A DNA stretch of 64,000 bases from positions 16,389,142 to 16,453,141 of the forward strand of contig NC_087076.1 of assembly GCF_026151205.1 (NCBI RefSeq). The letters run 5' to 3'. Within the stretch, counting starts at the first letter, position 1, and every line of letters starts with the position of its first letter. Below, piece by piece: positions 32,660 through 42,872 of this stretch. The notes under the pieces are model-generated. The model searched no databases. It saw nothing but the letters and a program-made list of their open reading frames with translations, and had not been told where the DNA came from. Both the position numbers and the translations under genes were made by a program. This stretch comes from Bolinopsis microptera. Lineage: Eukaryota.

Positions 32660-33208
32660 TCAACAAGAACAACCAAATTATGCATCCAGTTAGTGCAATA
32701 CCAGCTCTACCAGTAGATAAAAAGTTTAAATTCCTATAGATTGTAACATGGCAGAAATTGTAAAGGCCATCGAAACTATAATCATTCCGGAAATAATACA
32801 TATTTGCTAAGTGTAGAAGGAAATATACAGTAAAATATCGGCACAAGTTAGGCACTGGATATGTTGGTACAAAGGCTCGGCAATCATATGTGACTCTAGA
32901 AAAAGCCAACCCACTAACCCCCGCACTAGTGATGATGATGAGTGAGAAATGGCATATCAATAAAACATAGAATATATATAAAAAGAAGCTAGGATCAATG
33001 CAGCTGTCTAAAATGTCAAAGATACTACCTGTACCACGTCTACGGTTCTGATGTTTAATGGCTCTTGCAAAAGCATTTCCACTGAACACTCCAACTCTAA
33101 ATCTATATGTTACTAAATCGATCATGGTAATTTACAGGTAAGTATACTTGCCAGACTACATCTGCATATAACTAGCTATACAAGGTCCATAATACAGCTC
33201 AGGTTAAA

Positions 33209-33982
33209 CTATTGATATACGTAGGGATTAAAATATCTACTGTGTATGGCACGAATATAAGACCTAGCCAACACCCCCATTCCTTTCTGAGGATTAGGGT
33301 GAATACCATTGCTCTCAAATAACGGGTCAAATCGCCTAACAGGTTCCTTATAAGTTCTCTTGAATTTAGTGAAGGGATAAAAGACATCCATAAAGAAGAA
33401 CCTCCTGAATACACACTCATTAAATAAAATCCTATTAAAGTCTATTATCCTCTTGTTAGTTAATCTATCATCATCAGACGTTAAGGGTAATGGCAATAAA
33501 GATTGAACATAAACCTTGCAATTAGGAAATAATTGGCATATCTTACTAAAGAGTTGCTTCAGAGGCCCTCTAACTGTGCCTACATCGTCTACCCGTCTAA
33601 TATCGTTCGTACCAACACTAATTAAAAGTTTATCAACCTGAACATCGGGATGTGCAGCAGAATAGTCCTCAAGCTGCTTCTGGACCTTGTCCATCTTTGC
33701 TCCACCTTGTGCAACATTCTCGACTTTGACTTTCCCTTTTCCCAGCTTGTCCGAGTCCAATCTCTGAGCAAAAGAGTCTCCAGCAACCAACGTGACTTTC
33801 TGCACAGGTTCTTTGACTTTAATGCCACAAGCAGGTGTACTAGTCTTACTGGCGCTGTTGGTTTCAGAGCTGGCCTGGCTACCAGTTTTCACGATTGCGC
33901 GAAAAGACAGGGAGTATCGCACTTGGTCTTGACCATCCCCCTTCGTAGTTCGTACCTGTAGCCGGCTCTGCACGCACCGCAT
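33209..33982 (-). CDS. ORF1 C-terminal SGNH/GDSL-type esterase domain of the CR1-like element
   Basis: Block I VTLVAGDSFAQRL (GDS), block III ISVGTNDI, block V ESNGIHPNP (D..H). The esterase ORF1 is as described for some CR1/L2-clade elements. It lies ~550 bp upstream of the endonuclease start. Confidence 0.55.
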   Translation of the reverse strand: MRCVQSRLQVRTTKGDGQDQVRYSLSFRAIVKTGSQASSETNSASKTSTPACGIKVKEPVQKVTLVAGDSFAQRLDSDKLGKGKVKVENVAQGGAKMDKVQKQLEDYSAAHPDVQVDKLLISVGTNDIRRVDDVGTVRGPLKQLFSKICQLFPNCKVYVQSLLPLPLTSDDDRLTNKRIIDFNRILFNECVFRRFFFMDVFYPFTKFKRTYKEPVRRFDPLFESNGIHPNPQKGMGVLARSYIRAIHSRYFNPYVYQ

Positions 33983-35924
33983 GCTTCAGATTCTGCTGTG
34001 TCCCGGGCCGCATTACGACAAGGCTGTTGTTCTTCATCCTTATCGCTTTGGCACATTTAGGATTCTTCTTTGTACCCTCGTAAAACTCAAGTGTCCGTTC
34101 ACACCCCAGGGAGAAAGAGCATATCGATTTCTCCTGATCCATGAGTGTCTCGTCGTCACGGTGTAACGAGGTGCTGGACTGGTTGTTATTATACTTGATC
34201 ACCAGACACTCCAGGAGTCCAAAGGTCCAGTTATCTCTGTGCTTGAGTTAACGAGACTCAGCAGCCTTTTGATGTTAGGGAAACTACTGATATCCTGTGG
34301 TGAGTGTACTGGGTTTGTGTCCGGGTACGTATAGGCCTGATCCTGCGAGCATAACCAAGCGGTCTGAGCCTTGTTTCTCCCCCCAGGGTTCATCTTCAAG
34401 GACCCACACTCCGCCCATACTGTATCAAGGAGGACATCATCACCACAGAAGTCCTCTAGGTGCGAAACAAAGTTGTCCACCTTTCCCTCACGATTAGGGA
34501 GCTCGTTCTGGACACAGTTGAGGATATTGCGCAGATCCTCAATTGAAGCAGATTTAACATAGTCGAAAATCTCTTCAAGGTCTATCATTATTATCAGAGA
34601 TTGTCGAGTCTGGCAGCAAAGTTTGCCAGGGAACCATCCATATTCCATAACACCCCAGAGTAGGCATCCACACACAACACTAATTAACACGACCTGAAGG
34701 AGAAAGGACAAGAGAAAATGGGTAATGATACAAGTAGTTCTAGGTAAATTTTGCCAAGCGTAAGTAAATTTTGCCAGTGAAACTTTAGCTAGAATAATGA
34801 TACGAGGGGCAATATCAGAGTTGTAAATGTGTGACTAGGTCTATATCGACATTTCAATCATTTTATCATTGAAAGCAAAATTATGAATAAAATCAAAGTA
34901 GAAGATCAACTTACAGCGTGTTTGAGGGTGTTGCTGCCCAGTGCAAGCACTTGGCGAGAGGAGCCTAACTCAAGGGTGAACTTCAGGAACCCCAGCGTAC
35001 CCGCATACCAGGAGATCGGCTGTACTTCCTAGCCCTCATGCCATCGTACATGCCTAAAATTATTTGTTATATAGTAGTGTCGAAAGTATTAAAACTAATA
35101 TTCCAGGTTTAAGGAAATCTCAACAGTCACAAAATCACACACCACACAACATAACTTAGTATTAGTAAACTATCTAAACAACATGAAGCATTCACTCAAT
35201 AAACTTCTAAGTTACGAAAGCACTTCAAAACTAATAATTACCGACCACTTTTGAAATCGGAAAATTTTCACTGCCAGACCTGCTACTAGTTTACTGATAA
35301 TACTCCTGGCCATCGCTCAATTAAAGCCTTATCAGCACAACACGCACAATCACATATCATCAACGTAGCTGATCTCAACGCATCATAATAACAACCACGC
35401 GCACACACACCCACTTACCACTACACAGTACCACACAGAGCCCAGCAATCAATTCAAATAACGCCTAGCTGATTTTGATAGAATAACATCGTGAGCCAGC
35501 GTGATGAATTGTTTTAATCTTAATCGAAGTTAAACGGCTGCAACCCTGACTTTTTAACTAAAAGATAAGAGACGTATATATTAGGACATTTGCAATCTGA
35601 TAAAATTTAAAGTTTTGGTGTGTGAATTAAAGCTTGATGTGAGAATTGGTGTGGAAATAAAGAGATTCACTTTATTACATCATATATCTTAATTAAGTGA
35701 CAGTAAGTATTATTATTTTAACTACAGATTATATTATTTCAGTTAGTATTGACATGAATGTTACGATTTCAGTTTATTTATATATTATATTGTCAATAAA
35801 CCGGTTTCAAAGCCCTTAAGGGTGGCCCTCGGGTCTTTAAAACAAAACATGTTCGGTGGGACAGTAGGAATGTGGGACAATCTATGTAATAGAAATAAAA
35901 TCGTAATCACGCAACGGTGAATAA

Positions 35925-36400
35925 AGGTAGCTTGGGAGATCTTCAACTACTGTAACAACAATTTAAAAGCTATAGAACTGGTTGAAAGTGATCCTTGGCT
36001 GAAAGACAGATACTTGAGAGTCACTCATCATGAAATGTCACTTAAACCTCTCGAAATTGCAGAGAAGGTCTACTCATTTATCAGAGCTACTCTAACCGTT
36101 CATATTATTATTAATATTAAACTTAAAGAATACATTCATAATATAACTGATTAAGGCGAATCAAAAGGATTTAAAAATCGTCCCAAACATGCTTTCAATG
36201 TGTACAGGAATTCTACGGACAAATGGAAGAAATTGTTTTCGGTCACCTTCAATACTGGGACGTTTTCTCAATTGAAACTCGATGTAAATCGATGTTTGAA
36301 TCGTTAATAAATCAATTTTCCGTTGATACGATACCTGCTTTTTAAAATGAATTCAGCGTTAGATGAGTTATATGACGAAATCGATGATCCTAATTTTAAC
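35925..36400 (+). pseudogene. Sulfotransferase C-terminal fragment (with stops) lying between the two head-to-head CR1-like elements
   Basis: IAWEIFNYCNNNLKAIELVESDPWLKDRYLRVTHHEMSLKPLEIAEKVYSFIRATLT..., then the conserved 3' flank up to the insertion point of the 36499 element. Confidence 0.5.
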
Positions 36401-36942
36401 TACGACTGATTGCAAGTAGAATGCAAAAACTATTCTGATTTATCGATTAAGATCAAAGATTTGTTAATGTTTACCTTCATTTGTTAATGTTTACCTTCTT
36501 AGTTTTAATACTTTCAACACTACTATATAACAAATAATTTGAGGTTTTTACTGCGTTTTAAACGACGACCAACAGCTTTTAGTGGGTTTATCAAGTACTT
36601 TTCAGCACTTACCACTATATTTATTTGGTTTGAGTTAAAGTAGAGAGGTCTCAAATCCTTTACAGCAATGGTTATCACTGATGTCTATGACAAGATGGAA
36701 AAGGAGTTAGAAACGTTAAACGACAGTTTAAAAGGTAAGAAGAAGTTGGATACTATGTATTGGTTTTGTATATTAGAGCTTTAGCCACAGGTAGGTTGGT
36801 CTGCACGGAGCCCCACAGTTTCAATTCCTTGTTTAACTAGCCGTACAGCAAGGATATCCACTGTGCTCACCAGGTTAGGCACATAACCAACACTACCCTG
36901 CTAAAGTTAGCTATATACTATGGTTTTCTCGAAAGTATTTCC

Positions 36943-38145
36943 TTGTATTTGACTTTCGTCAAGAAAGTACTCTTACTTTCGGTTAAGATGTTATATAAGC
37001 TAGCCTTTATGTGTATAATTGCAGATTCTTTAGACTTACCCACAGGGAATAGCAAGCCGGATATGTTTGAAGTTATAAAGGAACTATTCAGTTTCAGTAA
37101 GAGGGCCCTGTCACTACTGAAGACCAAGTCTATACTAGACACACCTGCACCACAGGAAGGGACAGCTACCGAGGCACTAGATATAGTGAGAAAGGAGCTA
37201 GCACAATTTAGACAAATTCTCATTGAGCACAATAAAGGTGGTCCAGATATTATACCTGAGATTAAGACCAATCTCGGACCCAGTGAGACTCATACTTTAA
37301 CTCTGGAAGGGCAGAATGAGGCAGATAAGATAACAGAAGAACTCTGGTCCTCAAAGGTGAAGAAACATGTCGCATCAATACTGCCCAGCATCCCTATTAA
37401 GGGGGTCTCAGGTGTCAAAGAAGGCACAGCAAGGTTAATATTCAAGAACAAGGAACTTATGGAGAAAGCTAAAGATGCTCTTAGTGTGGACTACAAAGTG
37501 TCTGCAAAATCCCACACCGTGACAATGCTTGAACCTAAGCTTACTATGTATGATCTCAAGGGAGATTTTGAGTCATCTGAAGAATTGCGCCAGAGCATCC
37601 TTGATAAGAACAGTTCCATTAAGAGTTTAGTTGAAGATGAGAACAACATTTTCAAGGTTATTTTCCTGGAGAAAAACAAGACCTGGGCATGCCTACAAGT
37701 GTCAGTGAAAATCAGGCAGTCTATAAGGGAGTCAGGTGACTTTGTACACGCTGATCTTGGACAGTATAAAGTTAAGGATAGGTATCATGTAATCCAGTGC
37801 TTTGACTGTCAGAGCTTCGGACACATGAGTGGCAGTGATTACTGTAAGTGTAAGAAGTATAATGCCGACCCAGTGTGCTTCTACTGTGCAGGTGCCCACA
37901 AATCGAAAGATTGTGAGAAGAAAACGGCGGGCCGAAGATCTAGTATCAAGTGTACGAACTGTAGCAACAGTAAAGACAAGAATGTCAAAGATAAATGCAA
38001 GACACATTCTGCAGCTGACAGATTATGCCCATCTTATGTGAGAGAGCAGAGTTATATCATGGCCAGAACGAGCGGATGTGAAACATCAAAAAACTCTTAT
38101 CTCCAGTGGGCAAAGATTCGACAAAGAGAGCTTGGGATAAACTAG
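36943..38145 (+). CDS. CR1-like ORF1 (nucleic-acid-binding protein with C-terminal Cys/His knuckles)
   Basis: CFDCQSFGHMSGSDYCKCKK...CFYCAGAHKSKDC..CTNCSN..C; no esterase domain, unlike the neighbouring minus-strand element. Confidence 0.5.
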   Translation: MYLTFVKKVLLLSVKMLYKLAFMCIIADSLDLPTGNSKPDMFEVIKELFSFSKRALSLLKTKSILDTPAPQEGTATEALDIVRKELAQFRQILIEHNKGGPDIIPEIKTNLGPSETHTLTLEGQNEADKITEELWSSKVKKHVASILPSIPIKGVSGVKEGTARLIFKNKELMEKAKDALSVDYKVSAKSHTVTMLEPKLTMYDLKGDFESSEELRQSILDKNSSIKSLVEDENNIFKVIFLEKNKTWACLQVSVKIRQSIRESGDFVHADLGQYKVKDRYHVIQCFDCQSFGHMSGSDYCKCKKYNADPVCFYCAGAHKSKDCEKKTAGRRSSIKCTNCSNSKDKNVKDKCKTHSAADRLCPSYVREQSYIMARTSGCETSKNSYLQWAKIRQRELGIN

Positions 38146-41061
38146 TCTTAGCCACGTTTAATGTTAATCGTCTAGTGAACAAGACAGTAGAGGTTCTTGA
38201 GCACCTAACTGATGAGGGGGTTGATATCTGTTTTCTTCAAGAGACTTTTCTTAAGGAAGCAGATACTGCAAAGCTACAAGAGATACGAGATTTTGGTTGG
38301 GGTATTTTATCCAACCCAAGGAAGCATCGTAGTGGCGGAGGTATAGGTATGATTTTCAATAAGAACCTTAAGTTGAAAAGCAACGGTAGAGTCAAGAAGT
38401 ACAAGTCTTACCAAGTCATGGAAGTCGTACTTGAAACAAATAGTGGGATAATCAGACTTATTGATGTGTATAGACCGCCTTACACCAAAAAGGCCAGGTA
38501 CACTGAGTGCCACTTCTTGGAAGAATTCAGTGAATACCTGTGTGATTTGTCCGGTAAGCCAGGAACCCCGGTGATTGCAGGGGATTTTAATTTACATGTT
38601 GAAAGACCTAAAGATCTTTACCCCGCAAAGTTTCTTTCCCTTCTTGATCAGCTTGGTTTCATCCAATGTGTATCACTAGAAAGAACTCACAATCAAGGAG
38701 GAACTCTTGACCTCGTGATAACGACCAAAGTCTTTAAAGACTCTATAACTTCTATCAACATTGTGGAATCTGGGACTAGATCAGATCATTTTCTTGTTAA
38801 ATTTGTAGTGTCTGTGAGCCTGAAGACCTCTTTGAATGATACTAGGGTGATGAACTATCGTGATTTTAAAAGTATTGTGGTTGAGGATTTTAAAACAGAT
38901 ATTTTGGTTTCTGATCTCTGTAAAAGAGATGCTTGGTGCTCTGAGAGTCTTGATGAGTCAGTTAAGATGTACAATAGTTATTCTATTGGAACTTATGGAC
39001 AAGCATTGTCCTGTGATCAGTAAGGAGATGTAGAGTGAAGACAAAGGTAAACCTTGGATGGATCAGGATCTGAAAGCTTTACAGAGGCAGAGGAGAGCAG
39101 CTGAGAGAGCCTGGAGGAAAGGCAAGGGACAGAAGGATATTTTTGTCAACCTCAGGAACAAATTTATTGTCATTGAGCGACAGAAGAGGATTACTTACAA
39201 TAGAAAAGCCCTCTTAGCCTCTGCGGGAGATACGAAGGCTCTGTACAAGAAAGTTTATAGACTCACGGGTGAAACTACCCAAGAAAGGCTACATGGTAAT
39301 GACACTAAAAAACTTGCAGAAATTTTTAAAGTTTTCTTTGCGGATAAAGTGAATGATATCAGACTTGGGATAGAAGAAGAAGGAAGTCATCTCGGAGGGA
39401 ACTTGTCATCGTCAGAGAATCTTGAAAGCACCTATTCAGGGCCATCATTTGATAAATTTCACTCCATCACTAGGCAGCACCTGTTACACACCATTTCTAA
39501 GATGTCTAACAAGTTTTGTAGTCTTGACCCTATTCCAACTTTCATTTTGAAGAAATGCTCTCAGGAGTTGGCACCGATCCTCCTGCACATAATAAACGGT
39601 TCTATGTTGCAAGGTGTGTTTCCAGCCGAGATGAAGACTGCACTGGTCAAGCCCACTATCAAGAAGAAGAATGATGATCCAGATATTCTGAAGAATTACA
39701 GACCAGTCTCAAATCTTGCAGTTATGTCTAAACTGATTGAAAAGATTGTACTTGAGCAGTTAAACAATCACTTACATTTAAACAGTCTGCATTGCCCAGT
39801 TCAGTCTGGATACAGAGCGAACCACAGTTGTGAAACCCTGATGGTCAGGATGGCAGACGATATTCTTAAGGAAGTGCAGAAGAACAACATTGTGATTGTA
39901 GTCCTACTTGATCTCTCTGCTGCTTTCGACACGATTGATCATACAATCCTTCTTAAGAAGCTGGCAAAAGATTTTGGTATTAAGGACTCTGCATTGAAAT
40001 GGTTTAGCTCATACCTCTCAGGCAGGTTTTTCAAGGTTAAGGTAGATGACTCATTATCTGACTTCCTGTGTCTGTTGTTTGGGGTACCCCAGGGCTCTCT
40101 ATTGGGACCTATCCTGTTCATCTTATACATTAAGCTGCTCCAGGAAATAGCTAGAAAGTATGGTCTTGATATTCAGCTTTATGCAGATGACTCACAACTT
40201 TATATAGCTTTCCACCCGATGAGACCCATGGAGCTGCAGAATGTCACTAGTAGGATCAATGACTGTCTGTCTGAAATCAAAGTATGGATGGTTAATAATT
40301 TCATGAAACTGAATGAGAGCAAGACAGAATTGTTAGTCATTGGAAAGCCTTTGGTACTGAAGAAGTTTGACCTTGAAATAACAATAAAGTTTGGTGACAC
40401 CATTATTACACCAACTGTATGTAAAAACGATACCTGGAAGAGTCTTGGAGTGTTACTAGATGAATCTCTCAACATGGAAAGGCAGATTAACAACGTTAGG
40501 AAGAACTGTTGCTGGACTATGAACAATCTTAGAACTATCAGAAAGTATCTAGATGAGAGAGTTAAGCTCATGCTGGTCAAACAACTAATCATATCAAAGC
40601 TGGACTATTGTAATGCCCTTTACATGAATCTTTCAAAGACTAGAGTGAAGAAGCTGCAATCTGTTCTAAATGCAGGGATACGTTTCATTTACGACATCTA
40701 TGACAGAAATACTGACTTGTCTCCTTTCTACAAGAAAGCTCATATTCTCTTTGTTGAAAAGAGGATATTTTTCAAAGTGTGCCTCATCTGTTTCAAAGTG
40801 ACACATGGATTGGCACCAATGTACCTCCAAGAGTTGGTTCAAATGAACAGAGACGATAAGGCTGTCAAAGAAACCAGAACAAAAACAGCATGCAACCTTC
40901 TTATGAAGATACCTAAGTTCTCTAAATTGAAGGCAACTAGCAGGCGGTTCAGCAACTATGCACCTGAATCATGGAATTCTCTCCCTCTTAATGTCCGTAA
41001 CATCGACAATATTGTCTCTTTTAAGGGTAAGTTAAAGAACTATTTGTATGATCAGCTATAG
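38106..41061 (+). CDS. CR1-like ORF2: APE endonuclease (LATFNVNRL..ICFLQETF..IAGDFNLH) and reverse transcriptase (YRPVSNLAV..LLDLSAAFDTIDH..FGVPQGSLLGPILF..YADDSQ) with conserved C-terminal HGLAP..FKGKLKNYL tail
   Basis: Two ORFs (38106-39023, 39058-41061) are separated by one frame break. Confidence 0.7.
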
Positions 41062-41421
41062 CCTGGTTAAGCTATTTTTTTGTGGCTTCTAGTCTTTTTT
41101 TGTGTTATTTTTTGTTTTCCGAGTATCCACTTCTTGTTTTTCTGGTTTTTATCGGTGTGTCAATAAAATCAATTATGTAATATGTATACTTTAACCATTT
41201 TTTGCGACAGTTAATCTGATATTATCTCTTTAACATTATTTAGTATTTTTTGATTTATGAGACCCGTGTTTTGTTTTTAACTTTCTGCTCCGAGGAGGAG
41301 AGAAAGTTATTTGAGGAGAGCCGCTCAAGAGCCGCTCAGACATGGGCACCGTATTGTGTAAATTATTTAGTTATCTTTATACAATATCTTTGTCGCATAG
41401 TAGCGGGGTAGTAAATACAGT

Positions 41422-41444
41422 GTTTCGTTTCGTTTCGTTTCGTT
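41422..41444 (+). repeat. (GTTTC)n microsatellite 3' tail of the CR1-like element
   Basis: tgtttcgtttcgtttcgtttcgtt sits immediately before the resumption of the host flank. Confidence 0.7.
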
Positions 41445-42872
41445 ACCCCAGACTGATAGTTTTTATAAAGACGCTGCGGCGGAATGACAAGCTGAGCGCC
41501 GCCCAGTAAATCAATGCATGATATTCATATACCACCGTACTCTAGCTTCTGCTTCTAGAATTTCGATATCACATTTTAAATCCGATTATTCATATGTGGT
41601 ATTATTATACTAGGCAAGTTATTTATACAAAATAACGAATATATTGTTTAGACAACATGAAGAGTCGTTATAGTTAAATCAGGGTAAGACAATGAAAATG
41701 AAATAATCAACATGTATTTGTAATAACTTTAAGTTTAACGTATGATATGAAAAGGATATGAAGAAGAAATAAGTTACCAGCTGAATTCACAAAAAATTAC
41801 GGGTGACACTGCACACTGGGAGTGATAAATTCAAAATAAATCAGTGCAAAAGAATAAGTTTACGAGGTATTCACCAAACCTTTACCAGACTCCGCTCTGT
41901 CTTTACTCTTTATCGTACTCGTAGTATATCCATCACGTTGTCAAACATGATTCCTTACGGCTGGGGCTTCATTATTGCATTTGAAATACAAAAGTATAAA
42001 CGGTGCAAAAGTTAAAACGGTGTAAAAGTATGTACTGTATGAATTTTGAACTGTGTGAATTTTGCATTTCCTTTATTATTATGCTACCTGATATTAAGGG
42101 GAGATACACCAAAACCGTTTTTGCTCCGAACATCGATTTTATTTTATATTATTTTTAAATAGACAAAAAGAATAAGATTGTACACCTTCAAAAATTTTTA
42201 AAAATATTCCCTCATCGAGAAAAAAAAATATTTTTCTTTTTCGAAAATTTTTAAAATTTGGAGAAGTCTGTCACTGTAATACCGATAGTTCGGCCAATTT
42301 AAAAGTTTTTTGGCTGATTTTTTTTACTGAACATTACTTACACTCCGTACTAGAAGCCATTGAAAGGATTATATAATTGAACAATTAATGACCAAGTTAC
42401 AGACCGAACAAGGTCGAAAAAATAAAAATTGGGATTTTTGCCTACCACCAAAGTTGTACATTTCACCACCCGCCCAGGTCATCAGATATCGCTTCAAAAA
42501 TTCTTGTGAGTGTAGTTGATGATCATGGCAAGCTTTTTGGAACCGGATTTCTCTCAATTTTGAGTTTTAAGCTATGCAATGTGGCCTCAAACGACTTAGT
42601 AAAATTCATCGTAAAAAAGGGCAAAAAAGGCAGATTTAAGGCTTAAAATGCCTATAACTCAAAAAGTATCAGTTTTTTTGAAATAATTTTTACAGGATCG
42701 TAATCAGCTTGGTAAGACGAATCTTTAGCTATTAGCTATTAGCTTGGTCTCACCTAGTTACATCTTCATGCCAATCATCATTGCCTAATTATAAAATGAT
42801 TTTCTTACAACAGTGTTTTCATAAGTTCAATGTCCACGTTCGCCTCATATAGAACAGAACCTTCTTTTTCTC

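Larger units (their letters stand above)
29400..35100 (-). mobile_element. CR1/L2-like non-LTR retrotransposon, near full length, degenerate: ORF1 with SGNH/GDSL esterase domain, ORF2 with APE endonuclease + RT
   Basis: ORF pieces lie at 34711-33209 (ORF1) and 32659-29596 (ORF2). ORF2 is split by about 3 frameshifts and has a C-terminal ..FKSKLTSYMWDKI tail. The 5' terminus is inferred at ~35098 from the inverted 42-bp segment shared with the element at 36499. Confidence 0.55.
36499..41444 (+). mobile_element. Near full-length CR1/L2-like non-LTR retrotransposon (5'UTR, ORF1 with zinc knuckles, ORF2 APE+RT, 3'UTR, (GTTTC)n tail) inserted into a sulfotransferase 3' flank
   Basis: The host flank ..TTTGTTAATGTTTACC|..insert..|CCCCAGACTGATAG is contiguous in the uninterrupted copies at 12400 and 16600. 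ORF1 is 36943-38145, endonuclease 38106-39023, RT 39058-41061 with one frame break. The tail lies at 41422-41444. Confidence 0.7.

Noticed and set aside
32586-33125. 179-aa minus-strand ORF between the esterase ORF1 and the endonuclease
   Set aside because: It has no similarity to ORF1/ORF2 motifs. It is hydrophobic and low complexity, and likely a chance ORF in the degenerate ORF1-ORF2 spacer.
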